Shown: one piece after another, positions 36,691-49,917 of the stretch
Numbering within the stretch: position 1 is the stretch's first letter
How the letters are laid out: the number at the start of each line of letters is the position of its first letter
Source of the DNA: Tubulanus polymorphus
Taxonomy: Eukaryota > Animalia > Nemertea
Assembly: GCF_964204645.1 (NCBI RefSeq)
Contig: NC_134026.1
Span: 28,244,150-28,308,149 of the forward strand
Direction of reading: 5' to 3'
DNA length: 64,000 nucleotides
Notes under the pieces: model-generated
Told to the model about the DNA's origin: nothing
Seen by the model: the letters and a program-made list of their open reading frames with translations, nothing else
Database searches by the model: none
Made by a program: the position numbers and the translations under genes

Positions 36691-37176
36691 ACACGGACAT
36701 TGATAAATATATGCAAAGAATATTCTAGTCCTACATCAACAACATGATTGATTTTACCTTCAGATCATTTCGACACAAGATAAATTCAATACATATGGAT
36801 TTGAACTTAAAAGATAAACATCATACACTGTCGTAGTTTCAAATAATCTGTTGATTTAAATGAAAATAAGCTACGAATACATTTGCATGTATATAGGAAG
36901 CATATTGGTTTCTTAAAAGGAATGTTAGTATATAAATATACAACGCAATATGATCCGAGATAAAGAAGAAATAAGAATCACGATAACTGTGCAAATTGAA
37001 GACTATGGATAACATAAGCGTACAAATGCTGAATCTCTGATAATCAACTATTAATCTTTAGCTGGAATGACATTTAAATCTCATTGTGTATTTTAACTCT
37101 CAAGAGGTGCAACGAGATTCCGCAAAGAAAATTCACGCGAGACAAAGATCGTCCTCTAGATTCAAAGAATTAGGAC

Positions 37177-39313
37177 CTAGTCGTCATAACCCTCCGAGTA
37201 GCCATCGTCGGACAGTCGCTCTCGTTTAACTCCCGCCATTCCTTCCGCAGTCGCGAGAGATTGTCCAGATAGTGCTAAAATAGCCTGATTCACAGCCGCT
37301 ACCTCAACTGCCAGAGATAGTTGTTGATCATCGGTTGGAATGGTGTTGCCTCGTGATTTGGAATTCGGAGCCATCGCGTCTGCGTGGTTCGTTGAATCAG
37401 TATGGTTAATGCTACCGTTGCTGTTATCATTCGATTGGTTACTAATGGTATTAGGATGATGCACGGGATTCAGCCCGACAGCACTCAGTAACCCGACCGA
37501 ATTATGGTTATCAGATCTCGGAGGTCGACCTCGCGACGGTCTCATTGTGGCTAAGAAATTCTCTAAACCCTCTGAAAAATAGAAACACATTGAATACTGT
37601 ATCAATTCAAACAAATTGAGTAAAAGCTGCGCGGATGTTACGAAAATTACCGCAGTTTCCATCTTTAGCGATTTTCTTCAGCTCTTTTCTCTTGTTAGCA
37701 AACCAGTTAGTGACGACATGAACGTTAACGCGTTCCCTTTCCGGAAGTACTTTTCCTGAATGAAAATGTACGAATGTATGAATAGATGAATTTATTTTTC
37801 ATTGTATCAATGATAATACAAATATAAGCGAAATAAACAATATTCTACAAGTTTGTATCACAATGGCGGTACATTTTTTGGCCAAGCCCCCTAGAACAAT
37901 GAGAATGTAAAATGAAAGGGGAAAAAATAATGAAGAAGAGATAACAACATAGATGCGCATACTCAATAAAGGCCCTATGCACATGCACGTATGTATCTAT
38001 ACAGGGATGAATTTGGAAATGGAAATACCAGAGTAATTGATCATGATGGTTAATACACGGTAGTGGGAGATTACTGTAAGATCGCAATATCAGGTCCCAG
38101 GTGACTGACAAAAAGGTTATCAATGTCGAAATAATTTACCATCAACTTCCATAACACAGTTACATTCTCTAGCGATGTCCTCTCTTTGTTCGAATGATGG
38201 GTAGCTGCACTCTTTGAATTTTCGTTCGAGAACCTCCAGATGGGCTTGCCGGAAAACAAAACGCTCTCGTCGAGGGGTGAAAACGATGTCTCCTTCATTG
38301 GTTGTTGTAGCAACGATTGACTGCATTTTAGCGGTGGGATAGTTAACTGTCATGGCTTCGAATGAAAAAAAAATAATCTCGAATCTAGAACATTTCGAAT
38401 ATCAAAGAACTGTGAAACATATTACCACATAGTTTCATAACATACCTAGAGTGTTAGGGTGTTTTAGGGCTGCCAGATACCATTTATAGATAGCACGCTT
38501 ACTTTTATCCGAGATATCTTGATAATCTCCTCTCAGATAACGGCTCACATATGATTGACTTAATCCTATAAATTTACATTAAACGACATTTAACTTTTAA
38601 TCAAAGTGTATTGTAAATGTAGCAACATTGCTGAGAGACCAATAGGCCTGTACTTACCACACATGTAAGCGAGTTGATGCTGTTTGATGCTGTGTTTAAC
38701 AACAAAATCTTTTACAATATCAAAGCAAGATTGTTCTCCCTGACTGAAATTCAAGAAAAAAATCAGATAAATAGCTTTTTGTTAGGGTCGGTCTTGACAT
38801 GCATATGACGCAATTTCAAACTTACAGTGAAAACTCTGTGACCTCATTTTCATCAGCTTGCTCTTCCGGTGGAACATTGCCCGGCAACAGGTATTCTCCG
38901 GCATCAAATACTGATTCATAAGAACGTTTTCTGTTGCTGAGAACCGCATTGTTCTGATGAGAATTGGAATGTCCGTTTAGTATCTGCGCGTTGGCAATAT
39001 TGGGAAGCAAATTAGCGACAGTCATTTGAGACACGCTTGTCAGAGAAGCTTGAGACAGTGGAAGAGCGGCATTGTTTGTACCAGCCGAACGAGGCGTCTG
39101 CGAAGTATTACTCGATATCCGCGGCAAGCCGTTCTGTTGATGAAGAGGAACTGCCGGTTTATTTTGAGTGGTGATCGGCACGTTGTACGTCTGTCCTAGT
39201 TCTCGGTCGAGTCGCGATAATGAGTCGAAAGCTTGGATTATCTGTTCCTTAGTGATTCCGCTGTTGCGCAACCGGCGCAACAATTCAATTTGTTCGATAG
39301 TGAATAAACTCAT
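37177..39313 (-). CDS. HMBOX1: HNF-class homeobox protein (HMBOX1-like), 6 coding exons: about 39313-38826, 38743-38658, 38565-38446, 38355-38139, 37755-37651, 37571-37177
   Basis: N-terminal FTIEQIELLRRLRNSGITKEQI, POU-like HNF-P1 domain (GLSQSYVSRYL...IYKWY) and an extended homeodomain RRERFVFR...YPSFEQREDIARECN...VVTNWFANKRKE. Confidence 0.85.
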
Positions 39314-41484
39314 TGTGACCGAGATCTGTTACATTATCCTGAAAAATATAGGAACAACTTTTTAAAGGTTAAAAGTTAAATAGATTGGCCTACCGGTAGG
39401 CCTATAACTATAATACAGAAAATCTCGCACTCTTTTCAACATTTCGACTAGTGCAAAAATAGCCATCTTCAGAAATACTAAGTTTTTATGCTTTTTATTT
39501 CTGAAGATGACTAATAGGATATAGTCGAAAGTAAATCATTAACTTTCTGAACTCATTTTCCTTTATTTGAGTGTGGGATTTTCGAATTATTATGTCAATA
39601 TTTCTAAAAAATATGAGATCACTGAAGGCTCAAAGCAATCTAATAATAGTTTGGGAAATAATGTTTAAATCATTGAGTTAGAGTGAGAAAAAATCTAGGC
39701 CAATGAATCATTTAATATTAATTAATGTAAATTGCAAATAGGTTTAGAATGGAGTCAATTCATTGACTTCATAAAGAAGTAAAAAGTTAATCGCTCAGTT
39801 CAACTGGTGATTAACTATCATCACTGGTAATAATCAGCATTGTATTGTTGACAGCTAATAACGAATTGAGTTGATAATAATCAAAAAATTGTCGATTGTT
39901 TATTAATTCCTATAATTAATCTTAAAAAATGGTATTTGTGAACTAATATGACTTTCTTACTTCAAATTTTTAGAATTCTTCTAGACTATAGGAATAATTA
40001 ATATTATACAAATATTATCAAATAATTCAAAACAGAATTAAGGCGCGATTTTGATATCTTTTTAATTTAATTCATATTTTTAGAAATAATTTTCTATGTT
40101 TTAGTTTATGTTGATTCTGATAGAGGGCAGCACGATTCAATGGCTTATTCTAATTATCTAAGGATAACAACAACACATTATATCAGCGGCCACATGGCTT
40201 TGTAGCGTCTGCTAAACCAACTGGTCAGTTCTGACTATAGATCAATTGCCCAATTTAATGATAAAAACAAGTCAAAGTTGCCATAGCTGGACAAAGCAAG
40301 TGTATAACCGTATATTGAAAGCTTCCCTCTTGACAGCTGTCAATTCAGAAAACTTTATTACTAAATTAGTGGGTTTAAATCCTTCAAGATCACGGAAATC
40401 GAATCGAAAAAAGAGCTGCAAAACTCAAAGATTATCTCAAGTACATAAGCCGGCTTTTTTGGAAGAGTGTCGAGTTAGTAGGCTACGGTTTTCGATAAAG
40501 AAATGGTTAATAATACATTAGCACATCCGCCATATTGGGTAATTAAGTTATGATACTGGTTTTGGTAGCGTCAGAAAATGATTAAAATAAGCGCTCGAAA
40601 TGTGAACTGAATATGAAATTACATTTCATACGACATCACGTCACATAAACAAAACGTATCAACACATACAACACGACTATAATCGAGAAAATTTGCATTA
40701 AAATTTACAATATATTTAAAAATAAAAATCACCTACCCTACTCGTCTTTGCTAACGAAAATATCTTGCGCGTGGAGGAGAATGCAATAGCCATTAATTGG
40801 TTTTGATTGATAGCAGTCAAATGCAGTTAAATTCTAAAGATTGCAAAGATATCGTCATTTCATGTTAATACTATCACAAAAGTAAATTATATTGTAAGAC
40901 AATATGGAGTTATCAATAAAACATACACATTGTAAATAGATTTAGACTTTTTGAATCGACTGAGGGTGAAGAAAAAAATTGTCGGAGGGAGAAGAATAGA
41001 ATAGCTGCGCGCACCTGCTACGCGGTAACCAGGAAGTAAATGTGTTGTTTTCAACCAGAAAAGGTGAATTTTTGAATAAAATTAAGAGTAATTACCTGAT
41101 TTACAATGAGTCATTAGATCGCATCGACTAATTACCACTAAATGAAGTCGAATGAATGAAGTTATGGTACGGTTTCTGTATATTTGAGCGTTAAAACGAA
41201 CAAATAGATCGATGAAAGTTGGCTATTTTGTAGTCTGTGTGTCAGCTGTTTACCCCTTGCTCTGAAAAGGTTTGCCCCAAATTACAATATTTAGCTGCGT
41301 CCCGTTAATGAATTTCATTGATTTCATTATTACAGCTCCAAGTAAGGGTTACCCGCTATGATGCAATAAATGTCAGAACAGTTTTGAGGGAATGAATTGA
41401 TTGTAAACTAGGCTTACCCGGCCATTGTGTTTGATCGCGTCCAATTTCTGATTTTAGGTGATGTTTATGATTTCTTGAAATATA

Positions 41485-44400
41485 ATGGAAGAAAATGATA
41501 ATATCGGTGGTGAGCAAAAACCTGATATAGATACAGCGGAAGCTCCATCTGACAATATCAAAGGTGATGAGCCACAAATAGGCCTAGAGGATGATAAACA
41601 AAACGCTGAAGAGACCATAAATGATGAGGTTATCACCACCACGACTGATGACAAGAAGAATTCTGGATATGAGGATTCCGAAGAGAAGAAAGTGAATGAG
41701 GAAAAAGATAAAGAAGAAAATATAAAGGAAAATGAAGCACCAGAAAAAGAGAAACCAGGAAAGAGAGTTCAACTCGCGCCTCTAGAAACGAATCAACAAA
41801 AACCAAAAAAATTGAAAAAATCCATCTATATTTCTTATTCCCCCGATGCCGGTTATTTAGAAAGAAAATTTGTCGTTGAAACCGTTCGAGAATTTAAAGA
41901 CAACAACCTAGCCGAAGATATACATTTCGATAAAGATGAAAACAATATCGTACATCCTTGCTGGTTTAGTTTACGTTTAGAAGCCGCCGAAAAGTGTAAA
42001 GCGGCCATTTTGTTTTTGTCGGACAGTTATTTCACGTGTCCGGTGTCGATTTACGAGAGTAAGATTTTCATCGAAAGACTCCGAAAGGATTCGAACGGCG
42101 TGAAATTGTTTCCCGTTTTATGGAGCGCGTTGACGGAGTGCGATCTTCCGGCGGAATTTCGAGACTGCGCGCATTTCGTCGACTTAACACGAGGACAATA
42201 TCTGAAATATAGTTGCGCCGAAAAAACTTCAGTCGTCGTTGGTTCGTTGATGGAGGAAGTGGAGAAATACGCGGTTGTATTCGCGTCTCCTGCCACACCC
42301 GTACCGGTGTATTCCGATAAAGAACCCACTGATAACTATAAGAAGAAAAAAGTTTGTCAGTGGTTAGCGACCGATCTTCAGGATTGGTTATTCGCGCTCG
42401 GAATTAAAGAGTTTTATCGCTTAAGTCTCGCTGAAAGTCTCGTCGACGGATTCTTGTTGATGTCGCTGACCGACCACGAAATGGTGCAACATTTAGGCAT
42501 CGACAGTCGAGTCGTGCGTAAGAAAATGATGCAACAAATTCTCGTAGCTTTGGATAAAGAACATAAACTGCCGGAAAGTTGGCACCTACGAGCGCGGACT
42601 GTGAGGGCGAAGCCGAACTCCGTTTATATTGTTTACGATCCTACCGATGTCAGAATGGCGCAGAGTTTGAAAAGAGACTTGAGCAGGAAAGGCATCTCGG
42701 TAAGTACCGAATAATCACGACTTTTATTCCAGAAAAAGGCTGCGAAGAAACAAGATGGTCCCAACAACTTGATTCCTTAGAAATTCCTTCAAAACAGAAA
42801 ATGCTTTTGAAGGTGCTTGAAACTCGGGCTTTAGTTTGAGCAAAATGCCCAAAAACTCCTTCAATTTTGAAGAATTGGCAGTTAGAAGTTTTTGTCAAGT
42901 TTTTTTTTGTGTAGATCCGTTTGAGCCTGTAATGATAAAAAAATCATTGCGGTACCATAAGAACTTATAGATTGACTGTTAAATGAAAAGAACATTTGTT
43001 AGACCTTTTTCAATTACTTAAAGGACTGATTTAAAAAAGGATAGGAAAATGAAGGGAATGGCGAAAAAAAAAGAAATATGTTTATTGTTCAAGTATTTTC
43101 CACATGAAATATTAAAATGACCGCCGTAGTAAAAAAAAATAAGAAATGAGTGAAAAATGTGTTTTAATTCAAATTATGGGAAAAACAGAGGAGGACTAAA
43201 AATCTTTCTTGAGAAATCATGAAAATACAACAGAACTTTTTCTTCTGATATTTTTGACGGAATTCCGAAAAGGCTTTCAGTTGATCACAGTTATTCACTA
43301 TTTTCTCGGTGTAACAACCAGTAAATATTTGGAATGTGATAGTTGATTCTATTAACACGATGGTTCCCACCAGGTTGTCGATTTTCGCAATAATAGTAAC
43401 GTGGAAAATTCCCTTGAACTTCTCATTTTCTGATGACCTATTGGTACGAAGCGTTTCAACTGGTTTAGTGAATGATTCTTTGAATCTGTGATAGCATTGA
43501 ATCACTAGGACTATAACTGAAAGGGTTCCAATGGGTTTATGTTTATCTAGTTGTAGTGATATGCTTGGGGCTGGTTATCTGGGATAGGACAGGTCATCGG
43601 ACTGGTTATATGGGACAGGCTTTTATTATTTGACAGATTTGGGGCTGGTTATCTCTACTAGCAATCCTGGAGCAGGTTTAACTGTGATGACAGGTTTGGG
43701 GCTGTTCGTCTGGATTGCCTTCTGGGGCAGGTTATGGTTCCATGCTATTCACATTTGTTCAGTCAAATTGAACCTTCACTTTCCCATTAGGTTTTTCATC
43801 ACCAGAATCTCGGCCAAAGTAAAGATGAATTTCTGCTGCAGAATGGTCCGACTGTAGCCACATCAACTCATATTCTAGTATTGATGACTGATGCCGCGGT
43901 AAACTCGCCATTCGTATTTCATGAAATCATGTTTGCCGACTGGCTCGGTAAGAAATTGGTAACGGCAATGTTTAGAAATACTTGGGATGGACTTCGACCA
44001 TCTCTGAAAGCAGTTTTAGGTAAGAGATTGCTTAAAATTCATATGAGATATTTTACATGCTAATGTTATTCGGTTATAAACTCGGTCTTGATTCAACCAT
44101 AGGAATCTAGTTTGTATTCAGCTCTAAATTTAAATCTGTTTTTATGGAGCCGTAATGAAGATAAAGCGCAGTAATACCAACCCTTATAAATGATCCATTG
44201 TGTATTTGTTAGAATTAAATTATCCATGAATTTAGGCAGTGAACTTATACTACTAACGTCACGGGAATTAATTCGTAAAATTGCTACGCCTCGCATTCAA
44301 AGGTCGACACATATATCAATTGATATCAAATTATCATTTATCTTAAAAATGTCTTCTACAAATTTGTTCTATTGAAAATTCCTGCCCTGATCCAGTGTCT

Positions 44401-46929
44401 TGTTGACATTGATTTTATGTGAATAATTAGAATTCCACATCAGTCATTCTGAGTTTAGTGCAATCAGTATGATGGTCGATGCTTGACGCGCCATGTGAAA
44501 TTTAAAATAGCTATAAAATGGCCAGTCTAGTATTACTTGCCGGTTTGAATTTGTTCTACTGCACAAAGATCATTATCGTTGCATTATTATGAAGGTATTA
44601 GTCACAGCGCATGGAAATTTGTGTTCATAATCTAATTTATAAATTTAATCCCCTACAGCGGAATGAATCAGGGGATGCAAGCATTGGTTGTAGCAATCAT
44701 TAAAAGTAATTCTGGTTGATTAGTTTTAACCCTTTTATATCTAAGATTTTTTTATGCAGCTCTAACGCGACGCTGTAATTGCGTTGTAGTTATTTGACGA
44801 TGATATTTGTTTGGTATATCTTATGCATTCAATATTTGATAAAAATAAAGTCTTCACCATCATTTCATTGAGACAATTTCAACTGTAATGAGTAATGATG
44901 AATCATTTCATTTGTTATTCATTAGTTTTTCTCTGATGTTTTTGTATTTCTAGGTGATTGCGTAGCTATTGACTTCGAAACAAAAATGTACAACGAAAGT
45001 ATGGATGTTTTAGAACATTATGTGCGGCCTATGAAAGTGATGCCCGGGGTCGTTCTCGAACAGGCTTATTTGAACAAGATGGCTGATGGTTTACAGCACT
45101 TCGGTACTTTAGCAAATGGTGAGAATCCTACAATAATCATCAAATTTAGCTTCACAAATTCAGTCTATTGAGAGTCTAAAATGTAGAATAAGCCTAGGGC
45201 TGAAAGACAACTTTTCTCTTTCATTTTTATCGACGAAACGAGCTAAGAATGACAATCTATGGATCAGTCTTCATACCCTATAGGCACACACATGAAACCT
45301 CGAGAGCCCTTTATGAATGTGCTTTGTTTTCTGTATGAATCAGAATTATAGCTTTGATTTAGAATCTATTTCAAGATTCGTTCTCAAGGGAAAGATCTTC
45401 TCTCGGTGTTTTATCGAACATATCAATAGTAGCCTGCCTCATAAACGCGACTCAGCATTACTGCGCATAATCCCGAATAACGTTCTCTTCTTTATGAGAA
45501 TTTATGGTTAAATTGGCATTTAGTCAATTTATGTTCGAATAGAAATTTTTGCTCGGTTGAATTCTTCGATATGAAATACTCTTGAGTCGTCTCCCGCATA
45601 AACGCTGCCGCCGCCGCATATTATAATTATTAATATTGTTAGACTGATGAGTTTTCAATCATTCATCGCGTACAGTTTTAATTCTCAGTATTTCGAGGCC
45701 GATGTATGGAGCAACGCTGTACAAAAATTAATGGGAATCACTGTTGACTAATCTTTAATTATTATGCCTTAGCATAATTCTTCCGTGATAGAGCTGGTTA
45801 TCGTCGAGTTATCGATTTTGTTGGCGCTAGGCATCATATTTTCCTTGTCCCGTTCGCTGTCAGTCTGCGCGCACAACGCAGAATATCATCATCTATCTAG
45901 GCGTAGTTAACAACTCTATCAAACGAAGGCCATTTTGAATAAAAATTCGTTCGTGGCATTGTTCGTATGATCGAGCCGTGAATTCACGTCTTTGAAAATC
46001 GACTCATGAATAATGCAAAAAAGATTTTGTCCCCGTGCGTTTTTCTAATACGTGTATTCACTTGATTTTCTGTAGCTCGGTTCCCTGTTATCTATTGAGC
46101 TTCATTTTAACTTGTTTACGGATGATTATACTTAATATCGAAGCATCCTCACACGCTGAGTAATAAAATATATGACTCTATAGTATTTAAAGGTTTATCG
46201 CTTTTATCGATGATTCAAATAAACGATTAACATCAATTCATGCGGTATTTATTTCGAATTCGATGCTACATTATTTATGATTAGATGCTGTAAGGTTTAA
46301 TGTAAATAATGGTTCCATAAAATTAGCTCGAAGAATGGAAAATGTTAGTCATATACGGGGCAGTTTAGAGACGCTGGATTAATTCACTATCGTTATCAAA
46401 TATTTATTTTGCAGAGACAAAGAGATTCGCGTTTCCAGATGAGAATGAACCGAAAGTATTTATCAGTTATCAGTGGGATGTTCAATCTAAAGTTGACGAT
46501 ATTCGTCATATGCTAGAATCGAATGGATTCCCGTGTTGGGCGGATATCAGCACAAAAATGACTCGCAGTCACAGCAGTATCAGTAATCGCAACGGCGCCA
46601 CCTCGGTAGCTGAATCTACGTCGGAAACTTTACAGGGACAAATTCAGAGAATTATGCGAGCGTCTTCGGTTGTTTTGTGTTGTATAACGCCGAAATATAT
46701 GCAAAGCGATAACTCTTCGAAAGATCTGGCGCTCGCCGATTCGCTTCGTAAACCGATCGTTCCCGTGATGTTGCGATACATCGCGTGGCCACCAGATGGC
46801 AACTCGTCGAAAGTGCGGAAGATCTTGTCGCGCTGTGCGCACGTCGATTTAAGCAATGATAAACTCTATAAAATGAACATGCGTAAAGTTTTAGAAGCCG
46901 TTTACAAAGTTATCAATCAGAAGAAATGA
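41485..46929 (+). CDS. TIR-SAM-TIR-TIR domain protein, 4 exons: 41485-42699, 43791-44019, 44954-45118, 46415-46929
   Basis: TIR1 IYISYS...AAILFLSDSYFTCPVSIYE; SAM WLATDLQDWLFALGIKEFY...VDGFLLMSLTDHEM...LGI; TIR2 VYIVYDP...ILVLMTDAAVNSPFVFHE; TIR3 VFISYQWD...VVLCCITPKYMQSDNSSKD. The splice phases are consistent. Confidence 0.82.
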
Positions 46930-48481
46930 AACAGGGTGTGAATGAAGCAAGTCTGAAAAAAGCGCACACTTTTGGAATCAATTTTTGATTTAGAAAAATC
47001 ATCCTGGAAATTTGTCTTTGCATTCAGGAACGAAAAAGCGCTGACCTCTGACTTTCAAAAATACTGAAAAGTTCTGACTTATGCCTCAGTTCGACTGATA
47101 CATACCCTGTGAAATGAAACTATTGGCCTGTATAATAATGCTGTTTATAGCAATTCTGATTAGCTAAAAAAACGAATTCATTCAACAATCAAGTTAAAGC
47201 TAGTCTTTGTAATTTCTCTGAATTCTCTTCTGTAATGTGTTATAATACTCATCTATTGATGTAGAATGCTCTAAATATTATCATGATGAAATCGTTTGCT
47301 GTATATTATACACGTGTATTTAATTGCTATCTTTTAAAGAATTCTCTGTGTATCGAGGATTTTTCGTCTACTGTTGATTATGATAAAAAAAGCCTTTGAA
47401 TTCTATTGTTCTAACACTGTCTTTTTATATGTGGATTTACTGTTATTGTTACAATACTGTTAAGAAATGTAGATATTAAGTCATTGTTTATTGCAACAAC
47501 TGCTGACTTAGAATCAAGTTGATTAGATTCATATAAACAGCTGTGATATGTGCATATTATTCATATAACTTTTTAAAATCTGAATCCAAATACTTTGTAA
47601 ATTTCTGTGATTTTGTTCAAGAAATCTCAATAGATAACGCCTTCAGATTCCATGACAAAATAATGTTAGTTGACTACCAAAAAATTGTATTAGATGTTGA
47701 TTGTGTGGGTCTATCTATATCCTACATGTATTATACGATTTTCTTAGTAGTTTTAATGGGGTATTCAATTTTCGATTCCGTCCGACAGGAAACTTATCTA
47801 GCAACAGTGAGTTGAGTTAACAGTGAATTAACGGGTTATTTCCCTGACCTGATTCTTTTGTTATGAATATTCTTTATTTATTTATAACGTATAAAGATGA
47901 AACGTGCAGTTTAACATTAAAACTAGTTTTTTTATAAAGAATGTATTTGCTTGTTTTTTATTATAACGTGGTATAATATAATGATCAAAGTATTGCACAT
48001 ATATATATATATCTATATATATACCAGTTTGTTGGAAACTTTTTCTTTGTAATAAAGTGTCTATAAAGTTTAATAAAGAAGCTATTTGTTATTGAATGCA
48101 TGTGGAGGGATAAAAGGTCAATTCTTATTTTTTGCAAGTGGAAGGTCATTCAAGATTTCATGATGGTGCCTCATAACTCAATTATCGTTCGTTGCCTCGC
48201 GACTAGAATTCGTAGTTCTTTCCCTGTAATACACTATGATGATATTCTTGGTAAAATTCTCAAATGAAAATTAATAAATATATCTCACAAGAAGAGTATT
48301 CTTCAATCAGTGCTTACAGGTTGATTTATAACCTTGCCAGTAGGCAGAAATGATGAATTCATATTTTTATTAGATCAATGTAAAGATTCTTATCAGCAAT
48401 TGACTTGAGTTTACTGTAGTTTGTTGTCGATAGCCTCGTATAATCATGATCTTTGGGAAGAAACGAACAGTTATTTAAACT

Positions 48482-49468
48482 ATGGCACTTTATAATGTAT
48501 CGGAAGCAGAGCTCCACTCCTCGAATATCACTGAATGGATTAGTTATATGATTATTATGCCAATTATCTGTATTATTGGCATCTTTCTTAACATTCTAAA
48601 CGTCAACATTTTTGTTGGAAAGAAATTCCAGTTGCCGTGTTACACATTGATGTCGTCGTTAGCTGTTGCAGATTGTATTACTTTGATATGTACTCTACCG
48701 ATTGGATTTATTCGATGCTGGAATTCAGGAGTTTCAACAGAATATTCAGACTCAGTTTCTATGAAATTCTATGAAACTTATATTTATTCTTCAGTGACGA
48801 ATGTATCTGAAGCGCTGAGTGTATGGATTACAATTGCATTATCCGTTGAAAGATATTTGAATCTGAAATACTTTAACTTGGCACGCAGTCTTATAACTAC
48901 AAGGAATATGAGAATTACAGTTGGTGTCTTAACTATCGGTTCTATAGCACTGAATATTCCTTATCTCATCATAACTCTGGTCAATCAACAGACTCATGCT
49001 TGGCTACGAGCGACGTTTGTCCAATTTTTTCCGCTCATAGTGCTGATACTTATCAATGGAGTTTTGGTTCATACTGTTTGGATGATCGAAAAACGTCGGA
49101 AATCATTCGTTTTTCAACAATCGCAAGATATCAGACGACAAAAAGCCCAACTGAAACTTTCCATCATGTTACTGGGAGTAGTTGTTCTATTTTTGATAGG
49201 AAATATACCAGTGGCATTCGCTTACAAGCACATTTACATGGCAAGTATTGCTGGAGGGGATATAACAGCAACAAAATCTTCACATTTCAAGATATACAGA
49301 TCAATTTCACATTGCGTGTCTATGTTGTCATTTTCACTGAATTTTGTTTTGTACGTTTCTCTAAATAATCATTTTCGTGCAGCTGTTCAGAACAAGTTCA
49401 AATTCTCAAATACTCGCGTAAATCCTATACGCGATCACATGTACAGTGTAGATATTGTGATGAAATAA
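48482..49468 (+). CDS. Intronless class A GPCR (peptide-receptor-like orphan)
   Basis: Seven TM segments with LAVAD, SVERY and TM7 SLNFVLY, plus N-terminal sequons NVS and NIT. Confidence 0.88.
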   Translation: MALYNVSEAELHSSNITEWISYMIIMPIICIIGIFLNILNVNIFVGKKFQLPCYTLMSSLAVADCITLICTLPIGFIRCWNSGVSTEYSDSVSMKFYETYIYSSVTNVSEALSVWITIALSVERYLNLKYFNLARSLITTRNMRITVGVLTIGSIALNIPYLIITLVNQQTHAWLRATFVQFFPLIVLILINGVLVHTVWMIEKRRKSFVFQQSQDIRRQKAQLKLSIMLLGVVVLFLIGNIPVAFAYKHIYMASIAGGDITATKSSHFKIYRSISHCVSMLSFSLNFVLYVSLNNHFRAAVQNKFKFSNTRVNPIRDHMYSVDIVMK

Positions 49469-49917
49469 TCAGGAGAGGGAAAATGAAGACACTTGTGTCA
49501 ATTCAAAATGATGTTAATCCACAACATTAATGGGATGAATACCAACATAACCAATTCATTTATTGAATAAGAAAATCATTCAAATCATTGTATATGAATT
49601 GATTTATTTCATTGTTGTACTCATTACAAAGTTTTATAAATGAATACTTATGTAAAAAAAGAATAAACTTGTGTAACAAATCAAATATAATCACGATAAA
49701 AAAGAAAATAATTTCTCAACGATAACTCAATCATTTTTTACACTGGACGGATCTGTCTATTGGAATCTCTTTTGAAATAATACAGCAGTTTTTGTTTATC
49801 CGTGTAAATATGTAAAATAAATAGGACGGAATCACAGCATTTATTCATTCATTCAGTCACATTACTCCTTTGACATTGTTTCTCATCAACCATTGTGTGA
49901 ACTTGGGACATGGGTGA

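Noticed and set aside
41356-42329. Several antisense ORFs overlapping the TIR gene, and similar ones over DNAH10
   Set aside because: They are shadow frames of real coding exons with no recognisable motifs or splice support.
43560-43740. Degenerate ggggctggttat repeats and a 75-aa ORF
   Set aside because: A low-complexity intronic repeat; the ORF is out of frame with the TIR exon that follows.
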